The position numbers were made by a program, and so were the translations under genes. DNA of 64,000 nt from an uncultured virus (IMG/VR IMGVR_UViG_2061766007_000738) (lineage: Duplodnaviria > Heunggongvirae > Uroviricota > Caudoviricetes): IMG/VR virus record IMGVR_UViG_2061766007_000738, one strand, 5' to 3'. Position 1 is the stretch's first letter; each line of letters starts with the position of its first letter. Under the pieces are notes generated by a model, which had not been told where the DNA came from, did no database searches, and saw nothing but the letters and a program-made list of their open reading frames with translations. This document shows positions 24,406 through 37,349 of the stretch, piece after piece.

Positions 24406-26200
24406 CTCTTATGGTTTGAACCTTTTCCTTGACCCTTTTATACATGTTATTCAATTCATCCAACATGTGTGGGTACTCCTTATCCAGCGGCTTGGTACTA
24501 AGACCATGAACCTCCGGAAAGAACTTCTTGTTCACCGGATCATAAGACGTATAATAGTGACCATATCTGTTCAAAATGATGGTCACCATTCTGGCATCCG
24601 CCTTACCTCCAATGCGAAACATGTACGCCACACACCCTTTATTCAGTTTTACCGGAAGTTTGTAGACATTCCGGTTGTTTTCAAAAATGTGATGCAACTC
24701 CACTGCCAGTGCGATGGCTTCATCTTCCTGTAGAACGAATTCCTTGTCCTCCGTCCGCGGGAGATAAGTCACCGTGCCGGTATCCGTGTTGAGCGTGAAT
24801 TGCAACCCGAGATCGTGCCTATGGGCAATCCGCAACGCCCTGCCGAACAAATAACCCCAATCCGCCAGCGAAGAATTCTTCAGCTCCCGAAGCATATCGC
24901 CGTTGATCTCGAGTTTCTTTCCGCCCATCGCCAAATAACTTTTAGCCATTCTGTTCCACCTGTTCAATGATCTGATCCAGCAATTGACGAAGAGTCCGAA
25001 GCGACAACAACAGGTCCGGTTGCGGCTTTGCGGCCGGTTGTCGCTGTGCTTCGAGGTAGTTGGTGAATTTGTCATACCACCCCAGCACCGCGTCTGACCA
25101 CAGATTGTCGGTAAGGACTTTTTCGTACTCCTCATCCGTCTGCGGATTCTCCGCGCCTATCGTCAACACCATCGTCTGGATGTTGGCAGGCACATTCTCA
25201 GCCTGCGCCCACTCGGACACCTTTTGACCAAGAACGGCTATCTTGTCGTCAGAGAGCATCTGGATCCGCCCCCCATAAGTTCAACTCGGCAAGATCGTTG
25301 ACCACCGCCTTCTGCGTTTCGGGTTTCAGCTTGTCCCACACCGCCAGCATTGCGAAGTATCGGAAGACACCGTTGCCGCCCATAACCGTGGGCATTTCCC
25401 GAAGCCCGTTCTTCATTGCTATCGCATACGCAAGCAGTGAAAAGAAGAAGAACCGATCCTGAACCTTGCGCATAGCCTCCGGGTATTCCGCGTACAATAT
25501 TTTAAGACGTTCACTGATTTTGAACGCTGTACGGGAATAATCGCCCTCTTTGTCGGGCATCTCAGCGTAGAGAATGGGAAGTACCTGCTTAAGGATTATT
25601 TCGGAGAACGCGTCCACCACCTCATCCGGGTACTCGCTTTCGAGGTCGTTAATGGCCACCGACAGCAGACACGGGAACAGATTTCCAATATCTGCCGCAG
25701 GTGTNNNNNNNNNNNNNNNNNNNNNNNNNNNNNNNNNNNNNNNNNNNNNNNNNNNNNNNNNNNNNNNNNNNNNNCGAACGCCTTCATCAGCTCTTTCAAC
25801 GAGTCCTTCATGATCACCCCCTGAATAGCTTGTTCAACGTGGCGTATTTGACCGTGACGTAGACGGGAAGCCTTCTTACCAAGTCGGCAATGATTCTTGC
25901 GCCAAACTCATCGCGATCGATACCGACCAATTGCACAGTCTTGTGCAGGTCTTTGGTCTGATCTCCGATGAAGTCATCGAGATTATCCACCAGTTTCTTG
26001 ACCGCTCGATCACCTTGTGTGGTAGTCTGCACGAAGATTCGATCCGCGAGGTCGGTGTCTATGCAGTGCATGACGCGCTCACTCGGGAACCTCGGATTTT
26101 GCGCATCAATACTATACAGAATATACATTCCACCCCACCATAATACAAGCCCTTTCCTTATGAATTTGACTTTTACCCGACAGCCATGTATATTAGCCAT
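24350..26200 (-). CDS. Run of about five hypothetical ORFs
   Basis: Overlapping start/stop coupling (24350-24949, 24942-25259, 25249-25659, ~25600-25817, 25814-26200). Confidence 0.55.
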
Positions 26201-26216
26201 CGGTTGTTCGCGTTAT

Positions 26217-26245
26217 AGGATAGCACGCGAAAATAGCAAAGTCAA
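26217..26245 (-). promoter_or_regulatory. Sigma70-type promoter upstream of the replication gene run
   Basis: Minus strand TTGACT-17 bp-TATCCT with TG extension. Confidence 0.6.
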
Positions 26246-26271
26246 GGGCTTTTTGAAAGAAAAATCGAAAA

Positions 26272-26766
26272 ATGTTATGTTTTTCCTTCACTGATGGGAA
26301 ATTGACCCCCGGAATCGACTCCAGAGACTTCTATTGCCCGATGTTATCGGGAACGATAGAACGAGCCTCGATACGAGTCGTAACTGGTGGTTCTTGGGAT
26401 TTGCATACTCTGACGGACGCGATCAAGGCGGACAACCCTCACGCGTTCCTGTGCTGTCTGATCGAACTGATACCCGAGACAGGTAACGAATCTTCGGTAT
26501 TTCCGAAAGAAACTTGCCTACTGTCTATTGAGAGCAAGGAAGTTAAAGAATCCCCCGCCGACCACAGCGTACTGTTCGCCAGCGAGGGACTTCGCAGACT
26601 CTACGGGTGCCGACCCGATCAGACCTTCCTACGAATAGGCGACAAGCAGATCATCAACGACAAGGGTAAGCTCAAATTAGTGAAAGCACCACCGCTTGCC
26701 GAACAGATCAGCGATCCTTATCACCAGTATCAGGGTCAGAATATCGCCGTCCTTGAGCTTCTTTGA
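26272..26766 (+). CDS. Hypothetical protein (divergent)
   Basis: 164 aa ORF filling a gap between minus-strand genes. Confidence 0.55.
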   Translation: MLCFSFTDGKLTPGIDSRDFYCPMLSGTIERASIRVVTGGSWDLHTLTDAIKADNPHAFLCCLIELIPETGNESSVFPKETCLLSIESKEVKESPADHSVLFASEGLRRLYGCRPDQTFLRIGDKQIINDKGKLKLVKAPPLAEQISDPYHQYQGQNIAVLELL

Positions 26767-26998
26767 CCAACCCCACGACGAACGCCCGCACCCACTGAAG
26801 ATCGGCTATCTGCTGTCTGGCGAGCTCCAGCGCCTTATCCACATCCTGCAACAGCTTGTTAGGTTTGCTGAGGTTGTCAACAAACAGCGAAGGCGTCCCT
26901 TGGACGCTGTAGGCCTGAAGATCGCCGACATCGTTCAGAGTGATGCTGGCATTGTTGAGCTTGTAACGACCATCAAAAAATTCCTCGAACTGCATAAT

Positions 26999-27631
26999 CT
27001 ACTCCTTTTCTGATTCCAATTCCTTCCGCAGAAATCTCCGAACAGCCTCCGCGATCATCTTAGCACGAACTACGGCATAGATAGAATCACGGAACTGCCC
27101 GCGAAACACGTTCACCATTCCGGCCAAGTTTGTCAACGAGCCGGATCGACCCTGATAGCGGTTGGTCGGCAGCATCTTCCACAACGCATCGCCGGAACGA
27201 ATGCCGGAAGCATATTTCACCGACGCAAGGCGACCAACGTCAACGACTTCAATATCGCGCCCGAGAAAAATATCGAAGCGCTCATCAAGTTGCTCAAACA
27301 CCGGACGAAGCCACTGCTCGGTATTGGTTCCGAATAATACCGTATGTTCGGTCGACCATGGCGTCATGAACTGCCGAACAGCGGTTCCTACCGGAAGTTC
27401 CGTGTTGATCTTGAATTCAGGAAGATTCTCGAACTCTTTCGTTTTCTGATTGATGTCCGAGAAATAAGATTCCTGAAGCTCGTCGGTTCCGATATTCACC
27501 GTCACCAACCCGCGGACAACATCCTCTTCCGGCTCCAAGGCATTGGCGACCACCACCACGGCAAACATGTTGTCCAAGGACAACTCGCCAGCGAAGCACT
27601 CGTCCAGCTTTTCCAATAATGTTGCCATCAA
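26999..27631 (-). CDS. Hypothetical phage protein
   Basis: 210 aa ORF. Confidence 0.65.
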   Translation of the reverse strand: MMATLLEKLDECFAGELSLDNMFAVVVVANALEPEEDVVRGLVTVNIGTDELQESYFSDINQKTKEFENLPEFKINTELPVGTAVRQFMTPWSTEHTVLFGTNTEQWLRPVFEQLDERFDIFLGRDIEVVDVGRLASVKYASGIRSGDALWKMLPTNRYQGRSGSLTNLAGMVNVFRGQFRDSIYAVVRAKMIAEAVRRFLRKELESEKE

Positions 27632-29758
27632 TCACCCATAGATATAGCAAGGACTTCTTTCGTCGTTGACTTCTTCCGAGGCACGTTCGTCCAAGAACTG
27701 CAGAATATCCCAGTCGGAATCGTAATTGATTTCGGAAATCCCTTCGGTGTATTTGAGCCACTTCTTCCAACAGCGCTCGAACAATCGGTTGGATCCGTCA
27801 AAATGACGATTGAAATCTTTCTTAGTCCAGCGCTCACCATTAGGCCCGGGATATGTTTTATACATCACCACGCCTCCAGATGAACGTACTCGAAGTTGGG
27901 GTCACTGCTATCGACCAGCGTCTTGACGAAGTCTTTGATTTCCGCCGCATGATCCCCTAGATCGGCAACTTCAATGAACTTCAACATATCCGGTTTGTAG
28001 AATTCCCACCACGTCGCGTTATCGTCATAGCTGATGAAATCAAAGCCGCGGTCAGTAAGCTCCCCGTTAATATTATAGCCGATCATTGCTTCGCGCAACC
28101 AACCAAGACGCTGTTCAAAGTCATCGAAGGTGACGGCACCGCCCCATTCCACATCATATTTAGACGCAATATGGACCTTATAACTCATCTTCACTCATCT
28201 CCGCCCTCAAAACTTTTCAAATCGGGGTCGGTAATAATATGTTTGGTCACAACGACACACTCCGGCTGTTGAGAGGATCCTTCGGATTATAACCATAAGG
28301 AAGATGATCCGGATCAGGCGCTACGGTGATCGGTTCAGGGAACGGCCAGTCACTCGGACCGCACGGATACTTTATTGGCTCCTCCCGATAACCCGGAATG
28401 GGNNNNNNNNNNNNNNNNNNNNNNNNNNNNNNNNNNNNNNNNNNNNNNNNNNCGATGAGCACCAACAACTTCTCCACAACAATGTCTTCTTTCACTTCAC
28501 ACGCTCCTTAAAACTTTTCGGAGTATCGACAGCAACCGACGCCTTTTGAACACGCTGATAATGTTCTATAAGTTGTTTTCGATTCAACACCACCACATCA
28601 GAATCGTCGAATAAGATCGTCATACAACAGACCACTATCGCCACATTATANNNNNNNNNNNNNNNNNNNNNNNNNNNNNNNNNNNNNNNNNNNNNNNNNN
28701 NNNNNNNNNNNNNNNNNNNNNNNNNNNNNNNNNNNNNNNNNNNNNNNNNNNNNNNNNNNNNNNNNNNNNNNNNNNNNNNNNNNNNNNNNNNNNNNNNNNN
28801 NNNNNNNNNNNNNNNNNNNNNNNNNNNNNNNNNNNNNNNNNNNNNNNNNNNNNNNNNNNNNNNNNNNNNNNNNNNNNNNNNNNNNNNNNNNNNNNNNNNN
28901 NNNNNNNNNNNNNNNNNNNNNNNNNNNNNNNNNNNNNNNNNNNNNNNNNNNNNNNNNNNNNNNNNNNNNNNNNNNNNNNNNNNNNNNNCGAAAACATTTT
29001 TGTTTCAAAGGACACTGGTGGTTTCCACAATGACAATAATCATGATTCATACGCAATTCACCACAGTCTTAATACCATGCACCCGATAATTCTTTATACC
29101 CGCTCGGCGGAGTGCTTCCCGGAGGGTCTCCTCATCAAAATCCGGTTTCCAGTCAGGGTCGGCCTGTAGTGCGTCAACGATCTCATCCAACTCAACATAC
29201 TTAATCTCCGGAACATCCTCCAAGATCTCTACCGGAAAACAACCGTTGTTGCACTCGAGTATCACGAATTCCGAAACTGGTTCAATAATGCCGTCTATGG
29301 GCGGGCGCATATAACGAATTTCATGTTCAGTGAATTCGGTGTATCCCGCAGTAACCCAACCGTCGGTATTCGACCAGTACAGTGGTTCCGGAACATCCCC
29401 AGTCTCGTCTACAACACAAATATTACGATACCTATACTTCACAAGCTATTCTCCGTACTTCTTAATCAAGAGTGAATCCTCCGTAGTCGTCATCATGCTA
29501 CAAAGATCATCCCACACACGATCCAACTCTTCTGCGGAACAGAGTTCGACGTTGCCGTAGGCGTACTCGGCATAGTAATCCGGCAGATTGCGCTTCAAAT
29601 ATTCGCGCAAATACTCCCCAGATCTCCCACGCCTGTGATAAACCTCGGCCACATCCATACCGTCGTTAACCGCAATCTCGTGGTTCTTCTCCTGAAGATA
29701 GAGCAAAAACCACCCGAGGAACGCCGACGCTTCGGTCAATATCTTATACCGCCCATTT

Positions 29759-30757
29759 TTATCGACCCGCCCGAACAGCATCATCTTTCTTCTCTTTCTT
29801 CTCCTTTTTCTCCAATTTCTTTTTCATCGGATGAATTTCCTTCAGCACATCAACCCACAGGTCTTTTCCGCATCCCCAGATGCTCTGGACAGAGTAGCCC
29901 TGTTCGCCGTCATAGCCGTACCAACGGATATACCGTAACGGCAACTTGACATCATGCGACAATTTGATGTTCAGCAAGCTACCGCCACCATCCCAAGGGT
30001 TATACAGCCCGCAGGTAACGCCCCTGTCGAGAACGATATACCCGCGACCGCGACTCTGGCGAGAATAATATTTGACAGTGCCTGCTTCTTCTTGTTTGAA
30101 CGCCCTTCTCAGTTCAAACCATTCCCGCAAGGTCATTGACACCAAAAACACCACCTCATTCATCATGTTGGGAGCATTTTCGATTTCCTCGACAACCGAC
30201 CGCAAGAACTTATCTTCCGGATAACCGTCCTGTGCTTTGAGCGCTTTAACGGTCTCCGACTTCTTGTAGCCTTGCTGTCGAACGAGCCACAACAACGACG
30301 AATCTTCACTGAAGGTGGTGCTATCTTGGTACCAATAACTGCGGATCGGCGTGTTCAGCGTGAAGTCGTAGTTACAGTCCCCTGTGTCAAGAACAAGGTT
30401 GACGCAGATGTCCTGATCGAGGAAGTGACCCTCGTCGTAGTCGACATAACCACCCATGAGATCGAATACATCTCGGACCGCCTCCTCATCGAGATCATCA
30501 ACCACGCCGCGCTCTACGAGATTCTTAGCAACCTCACAGCACATGTCGTAGTCAATAGACACGTCTGCCGTGATATCGGTGATCCAAGAATAGAACTCAA
30601 GTTCCGGATCGTCCGACGACAGAAACTTCTCGACCAACGAGTCGTCGAGTTCGTCGCGATAATCCCAATACCACCTAAGATACGGTCTACCATCCTTGTC
30701 ACGAAGACAGAGACTGCGAATCTCGTCCTCGATTTCCTCTCGAAGTTCCGGCGTCAT
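29759..30757 (-). CDS. Hypothetical phage protein
   Basis: ~330 aa ORF, ATG after GGAGG. Confidence 0.7.
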   Translation of the reverse strand: MTPELREEIEDEIRSLCLRDKDGRPYLRWYWDYRDELDDSLVEKFLSSDDPELEFYSWITDITADVSIDYDMCCEVAKNLVERGVVDDLDEEAVRDVFDLMGGYVDYDEGHFLDQDICVNLVLDTGDCNYDFTLNTPIRSYWYQDSTTFSEDSSLLWLVRQQGYKKSETVKALKAQDGYPEDKFLRSVVEEIENAPNMMNEVVFLVSMTLREWFELRRAFKQEEAGTVKYYSRQSRGRGYIVLDRGVTCGLYNPWDGGGSLLNIKLSHDVKLPLRYIRWYGYDGEQGYSVQSIWGCGKDLWVDVLKEIHPMKKKLEKKEKKEKKDDAVRAGR

Positions 30758-32312
30758 TCCAACCCTCCCAAAAGCACAAGTTTCGCGCCACAACTGACGC
30801 ACCGACCGTCTCCGACGAGTGCCTGCCCGCCACACACGGGACAGCGTTCCGCGTCACAACCCGGATGATGGAACGATCCCTTGACAGCATTGCAGTCGTG
30901 GCAGTGGGTCACATCGATCTCCCCATAGAAATCTCCGGGTTCTCCGACCTTAGCGGCAACAAGGATAGTGTCGTGTTTATTCACGAACCCGTGCGGACGA
31001 CACCCATGATCCGGAGTCATTTCCTGCCGACAAAACTCACACGTGGCAAATTCAGACATCTTTTAATTCCTTTCGTTTAATTCCTACAAAGGGAAAACCC
31101 CGGTCCTCCGATTGTTGGGAAGGTGCCGGTAATGATTCCAACAAGTTCCGTAATTCCTCCCGAGATAGCCGAACAGTTAACGTCTCACCCGGAGGTTTTG
31201 CGACCGTTCCCTGCATTGCACATTCGGCTAAGAAGCTCTGCCGCTGCATCGTATGAACTCCTGTGATTTGAAGATCCTGCACCCGCGGATGCGGCGCAAA
31301 CCTTCGCCAACTTCTCCGCGGCATCCTCGTAGCCCTTTTGGAAAGCTTGGCGCAGGAGATTCTTGATCCCCCGCGCCTTCAGCTTCACCACCTCGTCGTC
31401 CGGCTTGTCCAGACCCGGATTACGGGCAAGTACAGCCTGTAAGAACTGATCCTCGGTCATCAAGACACCTCGTCAAAGTCGACCTCTTCCCAGTAAACAA
31501 TACGATCGCTGAACCGCTCGAGCGTTTTGACAATCCGCGTAAACAGCAAACCGGGACTTCCCGGAACGGGTTTAGACACTTCAAGGCGTATGTCTTCGTA
31601 CGTGGCTTGAATCTCATCAATGGATACTGGAGTCTTCCACCAATAATAACNNNNNNNNNNNNNNNNNNNNNCTCGAACAGGACAGTGGCCTCACTAACCC
31701 ACCAGCAATTGTCCTTTTTGCAACGCTCCTCGATCGCATCAACGATCCTTCCCAAATACTCTTCGCGTTCGGTGTTATCCAGAAAGCAGCCCTTGAACGG
31801 ATCTTCGGTAAACTCATGCTCGAAAATACGAAAATGCGTGCTCATAGAGCATCCGCCGATATCCGCAGTCAGCACACCGTGTCGCAAACGTACATAAGCA
31901 ATGCGCCCACCAGACTGGCTGTAGACATCGTACTGCTCGGGACACGCCAAGCAAGTGAGCACAAAGTTATAACCATTGAGCTGCATGATCCCTCCTTAAT
32001 TGTTGAATGCGTCTTCACACCACTCCTCCAAATACGCACGAATACACGCGTCGATATCCGGAGTATAATCATCCGCATAGCTTTCGAATTCGTACTTCTC
32101 GGCTATGCCTTCCATGATCTCATCGATCTGCTCCTTGGTAAGCTCATCCGCGGGAATCGATTTGTATTCATACAATGGGTGCGGGTCTTCTTCACAAACT
32201 TCGTTCTCTTCGTCCATGAATTCCCGTACTTCCTCATATATGGGACGCACATGGCAGTCCCACATGATGAGTTCCGCGATCTCGATATTCTGCGTTTCCG
32301 GGTTGTACTTAA

Positions 32313-32702
32313 TCANNNNNNNNNNNNNNNNNNNNNNNNNNNCACGGTCATCTCTCGCACAGCCTCCGGAGGTTTCTTCCAGATAGGATTGTCGCGCAAC
32401 CGCAGATGCTTCTTCAGGACTGCCAAAACCATCGGATCCCCAATATTGGTCAAACCTGTATCGGCATATATCGCCGCAATATCCGGATCGGAGAAGTGCC
32501 GAACGCCCTGAACCCCGACCAGATCCACGACTGCAAAGTATTGCAACGCATACCCAGTGTGTCTTCCTTCCGCCGTATCCGCCAAATACATGACCGGCGT
32601 ATGATCTCTGTCTGACATCTCGCAGATCATGCCGGGACGCAGTTTCGGAAAAAGTTCGGGTTCAACTCCGTCGAGATCATAACCTTTGAAATGTTTAGGC
32701 AT
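32313..32702 (-). CDS. Hypothetical phage protein, paralogous to 19625-20206
   Basis: FKGY N-terminus and REMTV tail. Confidence 0.6.
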   Translation of the reverse strand: MPKHFKGYDLDGVEPELFPKLRPGMICEMSDRDHTPVMYLADTAEGRHTGYALQYFAVVDLVGVQGVRHFSDPDIAAIYADTGLTNIGDPMVLAVLKKHLRLRDNPIWKKPPEAVREMTVXXXXXXXXX

Positions 32703-32713
32703 AATCTTTTCTC

Positions 32714-34710
32714 CTACAAATTGAAAACTTTGTTACTCACCGCCGTCAACAAATGGTCATGCGTAGGCACCACCAAATAGGTTCCTTCGGTCTTTGCACG
32801 ATCGTTCAACACCGACAGCAACCCCGCCAACAATTCCCGACTCTGCTCATCGAGGCAGGTCGACGGCTCATCGAGAACCACAAACGGGAAACTCGCTCCC
32901 AACACGCGACCGAACGCCAACCGCGTAATGATCGCCGCCACGTACTTCTGACCTCCCGACAGATACCTTACATCAATGCCGTCCCGCATATCCGTTCGAT
33001 ATCTGATGGCTCCGGAATCTTCGATATAAATCCCATACGGGAATTCAAAGATCTTGGAGCAAGTGGCGATCTCCTTGTTCAACTTCTTCAGCGTATTCTG
33101 CAGAAGCAGCCTTTGGAGCTGACCTTTGGAGAGAAGCTCGCGCACCGACCGCAGAATCTCCGCACGATGCTGAAAAGCCTCCGCCTTATCCTTGTCGTCG
33201 AGGAGTTGCTGAAGAGACTTCTCGTTATCGTTGCGATAGTCCTGCATGTTGGAGAGTTGCACCTTTGCGGATTTCAACTGCGCATCAAGCGTATTGCACT
33301 GCTCAAGGCGCTGAGTCCACATCGAATATTCTTCCGCAGAGATCATCTGATCATTGGCATGTTCGCTCAACCAAACCTCAGACCTCTCTTTGGTCTGTTG
33401 TGCGACGCCCAAATCGAACTTCAGACGATCGACTTCAGCCTGAGCCAACGAAACCCGCTCCGTATCCTCGGCAAGTGCCTTCAACTCATCCATCGACAAC
33501 TTGTCGGCACCTTCCGGCATCTCGCAGTCTTCTTCGAGCGTGCGTTCAGCCTGCTGAAGTTCGATGCGAAGCTTCTCAGCCTCCTTGTCGGCTTCGATCC
33601 TTGCCGATAGGAACTGCTTGAGCTGCGCTTCGTCGGTGTCGAGTGTCTCGAACTGCTTACCGAGTTCATCAAGTTGCTGCTTGATGAGTTCCGGATCATG
33701 CGCGCGCAGAAGATCGATACAGGGTTTTCCACCGGTAAGCGGGCACACACCTGTATCGAGATTAAGGCGCTTCAGCAGATCGGCTCGTTCTATTTCCATC
33801 TTCGCACGCTGTGCACTGATGCCATTAAGTGCCGTNNNNNNNNNNNNNNNNNNNNNNNNNNNNNNNNNNNNNNNNNNNNNNNNNNNNNNNNNNNNNNCGC
33901 ACGAGTCACCTTGCACCGCGCATAGGTATGAAGATGCTGAAGTTTGGTCATGAGCTTGGTAGCTGTGTCCAGCGGCTCCGTCAGCTCATCGATCTTCGCC
34001 TGCGCCTTCTGTAGATTGTCTTCGTGCACCGACCGAACGCTGTCGAGGGTGCGGGAAAGCTGCTTTCGACACTCATCAGCATCCGCCGGAAGTTCCGAGA
34101 TCGATTTCTCGAGATCCTGCGATTGCTGGCGAAGTTCCGACAACTTGGTGTCGGNNNNNNNNNNNNNNNNNNNNNNNNNNNNNNNNNNNNNNNGCGTTTC
34201 CGCCAGCACCTTATAGATCGCGGCGCGACACTGTTCAAGCTTGTCGAACCCGAAGACTCTGGATAGCAGCGCTAACCGATTGGCATCGGTGGCATCGAAC
34301 AAGTCGGTTGCCCGGAGTTGCGCTGAAAAGAAGACATCCTTCAAAATCGAAGAATTTTCAATTCCGAACAATTGGAACAGTCTGGAATTTATATCTCCTT
34401 TCTTGGTAAGCACTTCTCCGTCTTTAAGCGTCAACTTATGTGTGACGCCCGCTGATTTTATGGTGCGCTCGATAGCGTAGTCTTCAGCCTCAAGCCGCAC
34501 CACAGCTTTTCCGTCGAANNNNNNNNNNNNNNNNNNNNNNNNNNNNNCGACGTTTCTGCCGTCGATCGTTTCACCAGTCAACGCAAAGAACAGCGCATCC
34601 ACGATGGTGGACTTGCCGGAACCGTTGGGACCCACCAGAGAAGTGAGCCCCGGTTCCAAGACAAGGTCGACATCATCAAGAATGCCGTAATTAGTTATTT
34701 TCAGTCGCAA
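32714..34710 (-). CDS. SbcC/Rad50-like (gp46-like) ATPase
   Basis: GPNGSGKST, coiled coil with CPLTGGKPC hook, LSGGQ, VVLDEP, THD. Confidence 0.9.
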
Positions 34711-35168
34711 TCCTCAGACCTTTCAAATTTGGGAAGATCGACCAAGCCGCTGAGCTCGGTGAGCTTCACTCCACGCTTGGCAACCTCCTCATTGTGGATA
34801 ATAGCCATCAAATTGAATGCCGCTGCAGCAAGATGATCCTCATCGTGTAGACCCTGAGAAAATTTGGTGAGGTGCCGCATCAGCGATGCATAACACCTCG
34901 AGTTGGGAATACCTTTCGCCCAATTCCACTCAGCATACTTGATGGCACCCTTACGCATATGCTCACCAAGCCGCTCAAGGAAGAATGGGCTGATAAGATC
35001 GGGTCGAGGTTTATCTCCAGCATCATCGCGGACGGCACCCGTATCAAACGATTCACGCCGACCGGAGTCCGGGAGACCGGAATCACGAGTGCGCAGATAG
35101 TCGACTTGCGAACTGATGTAATCGTGGGGGTCCGCAGGTTCAACCCAAGCGTCTTCGCGAAGAACCAT
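34701..35168 (-). CDS. DUF5664 / dATP-dGTP diphosphohydrolase-like protein
   Basis: [14 protein letters not shown]...GAIKY..WNWAKGI...SLMRHL...HLAAAAFN. Confidence 0.8.
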   Translation of the reverse strand: MVLREDAWVEPADPHDYISSQVDYLRTRDSGLPDSGRRESFDTGAVRDDAGDKPRPDLISPFFLERLGEHMRKGAIKYAEWNWAKGIPNSRCYASLMRHLTKFSQGLHDEDHLAAAAFNLMAIIHNEEVAKRGVKLTELSGLVDLPKFERSEDCD

Positions 35169-35584
35169 GCTGTNNNNNNNNNNNNNNNNNNNNNNNNNNN
35201 NNNNNNNNGCTCGGAGCTATCCAAGTGACGAACATTGTCAGCGGCGAAATGTGTCAATGTCCACGTGTGTGCCAGAACTGACGGACTACTATCATCGGGC
35301 ACAAGACCCACGGTTCGACACCAATACGCCTTACCATCCGGATTAATCACCGCGCACTGCGCCCAACCCGGGCAATTCTTGTATCCGAACACAGAACGCG
35401 TCAACTTCTTCAACTTCTTTTCTTTAGTCATTTCAAATATTCCTTAACATCAACGCGCTCCGTATCCACACCTAAAATGCGATCGCAGTGACGGCACCGG
35501 ATCTCAACAACACCCCACCAACAGCGACCGTCAATACGCTCATGTCTGTTAAGAACATGGCAACAAAACCAAATCTTAAGTCGT

Positions 35585-36705
35585 TCAAACATTTTCCAAG
35601 TACTCCTTTACGATTTCAACCGGTGCGTCCGTAGTTATCAACGACCGCACCAACCCAAGTTCAACCTCCCGGTCCTTGTCTTCCTCCGACAAGAGCTGCG
35701 AAGCGGCGCCCACCATGTCATCCACAGTAGTGGTCTCCGACAGCTCCACCGACANNNNNNNNNNNNNNNNNNACCGGATATAGCGCACCCGATCATCCTT
35801 CCGAAGACAATCATTTTCGTAGTCCTCGGGAACATAGACGATCATGGGCGTCTCCGCCGTACAACAGTCGTCGACTTTGATCAGATCTTCCTTGCCGGGT
35901 TCCAGCACCGCGGCAGGTCTCTTCGGCACCGGCAACGTCTCGAGATTGGCGTTGTCGATGTCGAACGTCCCGTTACCGCAATAGTCGGCCTCCCACCACA
36001 TCAAAAAGGGCTGTGCCGACAACAGTTCGGTACGGGATCTCATAGGAGTCAAAATGCCCGGAGAGATCAAATACCTCTCCCCCACCCCTTCGGGTGTGGG
36101 AGCAAGTCCCACTATCTCGCTATCGTAAGGAGGCTTCCCCACCCGAAGGGGTGGGGAATTCTTCGTGTTTACCTCCGACGCGACACACGCCGTCAGATGG
36201 GTATCGCCAATAAAATTTACCGGAGTAACAAAGTCCTCCAGCAGCAGCTGAGGAACGTCAAAAGCGCTCAGATCGGCAAACGCCCGACAGGACTGATGGG
36301 TAAGAGTGATCTGCGCGGACTGATGCTGAAGCCACTCGCGCACCTCGTCGAAGTNNNNNNNNNNNNNNNNNNNNNNTGCCCATCAGCGGTTCCACATCCA
36401 ACCTAACCACACCCTCGAGCGATTCGAGGACATGGTGACTCCCGGGATCGTGATTGCCGTTGATGACGCCTGTGGGTTTTCCCAGCACCCCCAGTACATC
36501 CAGCAGCTCGAAGAACTTCGCCACATCACCCTGAGAGATTCGTGGAGAATTGAAGGTGNNNNNNNNNNNNNNNNNNNNNNNNNNNNTCGAACTTCGGCTT
36601 TTCCATCCGTTTGAGCTCACAGATGGTGAAATCCAGATCTTCGTAATCCTTCGCCCAAGGGGTATTCGAAGCGATGTGAAGATCACTCAGAATGAGAAAA
36701 CGCAT
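35585..36705 (-). CDS. SbcD/Mre11-like (gp47-like) metallophosphoesterase nuclease
   Basis: MRFLILSDLH, GNHD, THQ, GDTH, SPG; next to SbcC-like gene. Confidence 0.85.
36078..36159. repeat. Twin GC-rich hairpins in inverted orientation inside the SbcD-like gene
   Basis: CCCCACCCCTTCGGGTGTGGGA ... TTCCCCACCCGAAGGGGTGGGGAA. Confidence 0.75.
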
Positions 36706-37200
36706 TTTTAAGCCCTTTCCAGCTCGATTGATATCAAATGGGTAAAACTACCCTACCTAAACCGTAACTCGCGCCNNNNNNNNNNNNNNNNNNNNNNNNN
36801 NNNNNNNNNNNNNNNNNNNNNNNNNNNNNNNNNNNNNNNNNNNNNNNNNNNNNNNNNNNNNNNNNNNNNNNNNNNNNNNNNNNNNNNNNNNNNNNNNNNN
36901 NNNNNNNNNNNNNNNNNNNNNNNNNNNNNNNNNNNNNNNNNNNNNNNNNNNNNNNNNNNNNNNNNNNNNNNNNNNNAGAAAAGCCTGAAAGATTGGTGAT
37001 GACTGATGGAGATCCTTTCTGGGTTGATTGCGGCATTGGAATATAGCAACTGAAAAAAATACCGGCAAGAAATTTCGATCGCTTTTCGGGTAGGATGCGT
37101 CAGGAATCGAGCGCAGCGAGACCCGTAGGGNNNNNNNNNNNNNNNNNNNNNNNNNNNNNNNNNNNNNNNNNNNNNNNNNNNNNNNNNNNNNNNCTCTCGC

Positions 37201-37349
37201 GTACGCACGTAAAATAGATTCCCCAGCACACAGTAAGATATCTCGTATCACTACGTAGTAGTGATCGTTTCCGAGTATTCCACGTAGTGGAATATAAACT
37301 CGAGATATCTTTACGTGTGCACTAGTAATAATTTTAGGTGATACTAGTG
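37201..37349. other. Nested inverted-repeat (branched hairpin) non-coding element, candidate replication origin
   Basis: 11 bp outer stem enclosing two 8 bp hairpins with GTA triloops, plus a further 8 bp inverted repeat. Confidence 0.55.

Noticed and set aside
36072..36175. TACCTC direct repeat as target-site duplication of the hairpin insert
   Set aside because: The repeats are 98 nt apart, so removal would break the reading frame.
9277..36705. Apparent frameshifts in helicase, RecA, PolA, primase, SbcC and SbcD
   Set aside because: All coincide with N gaps of inexact length, so they are not evidence of pseudogenes or recoding.
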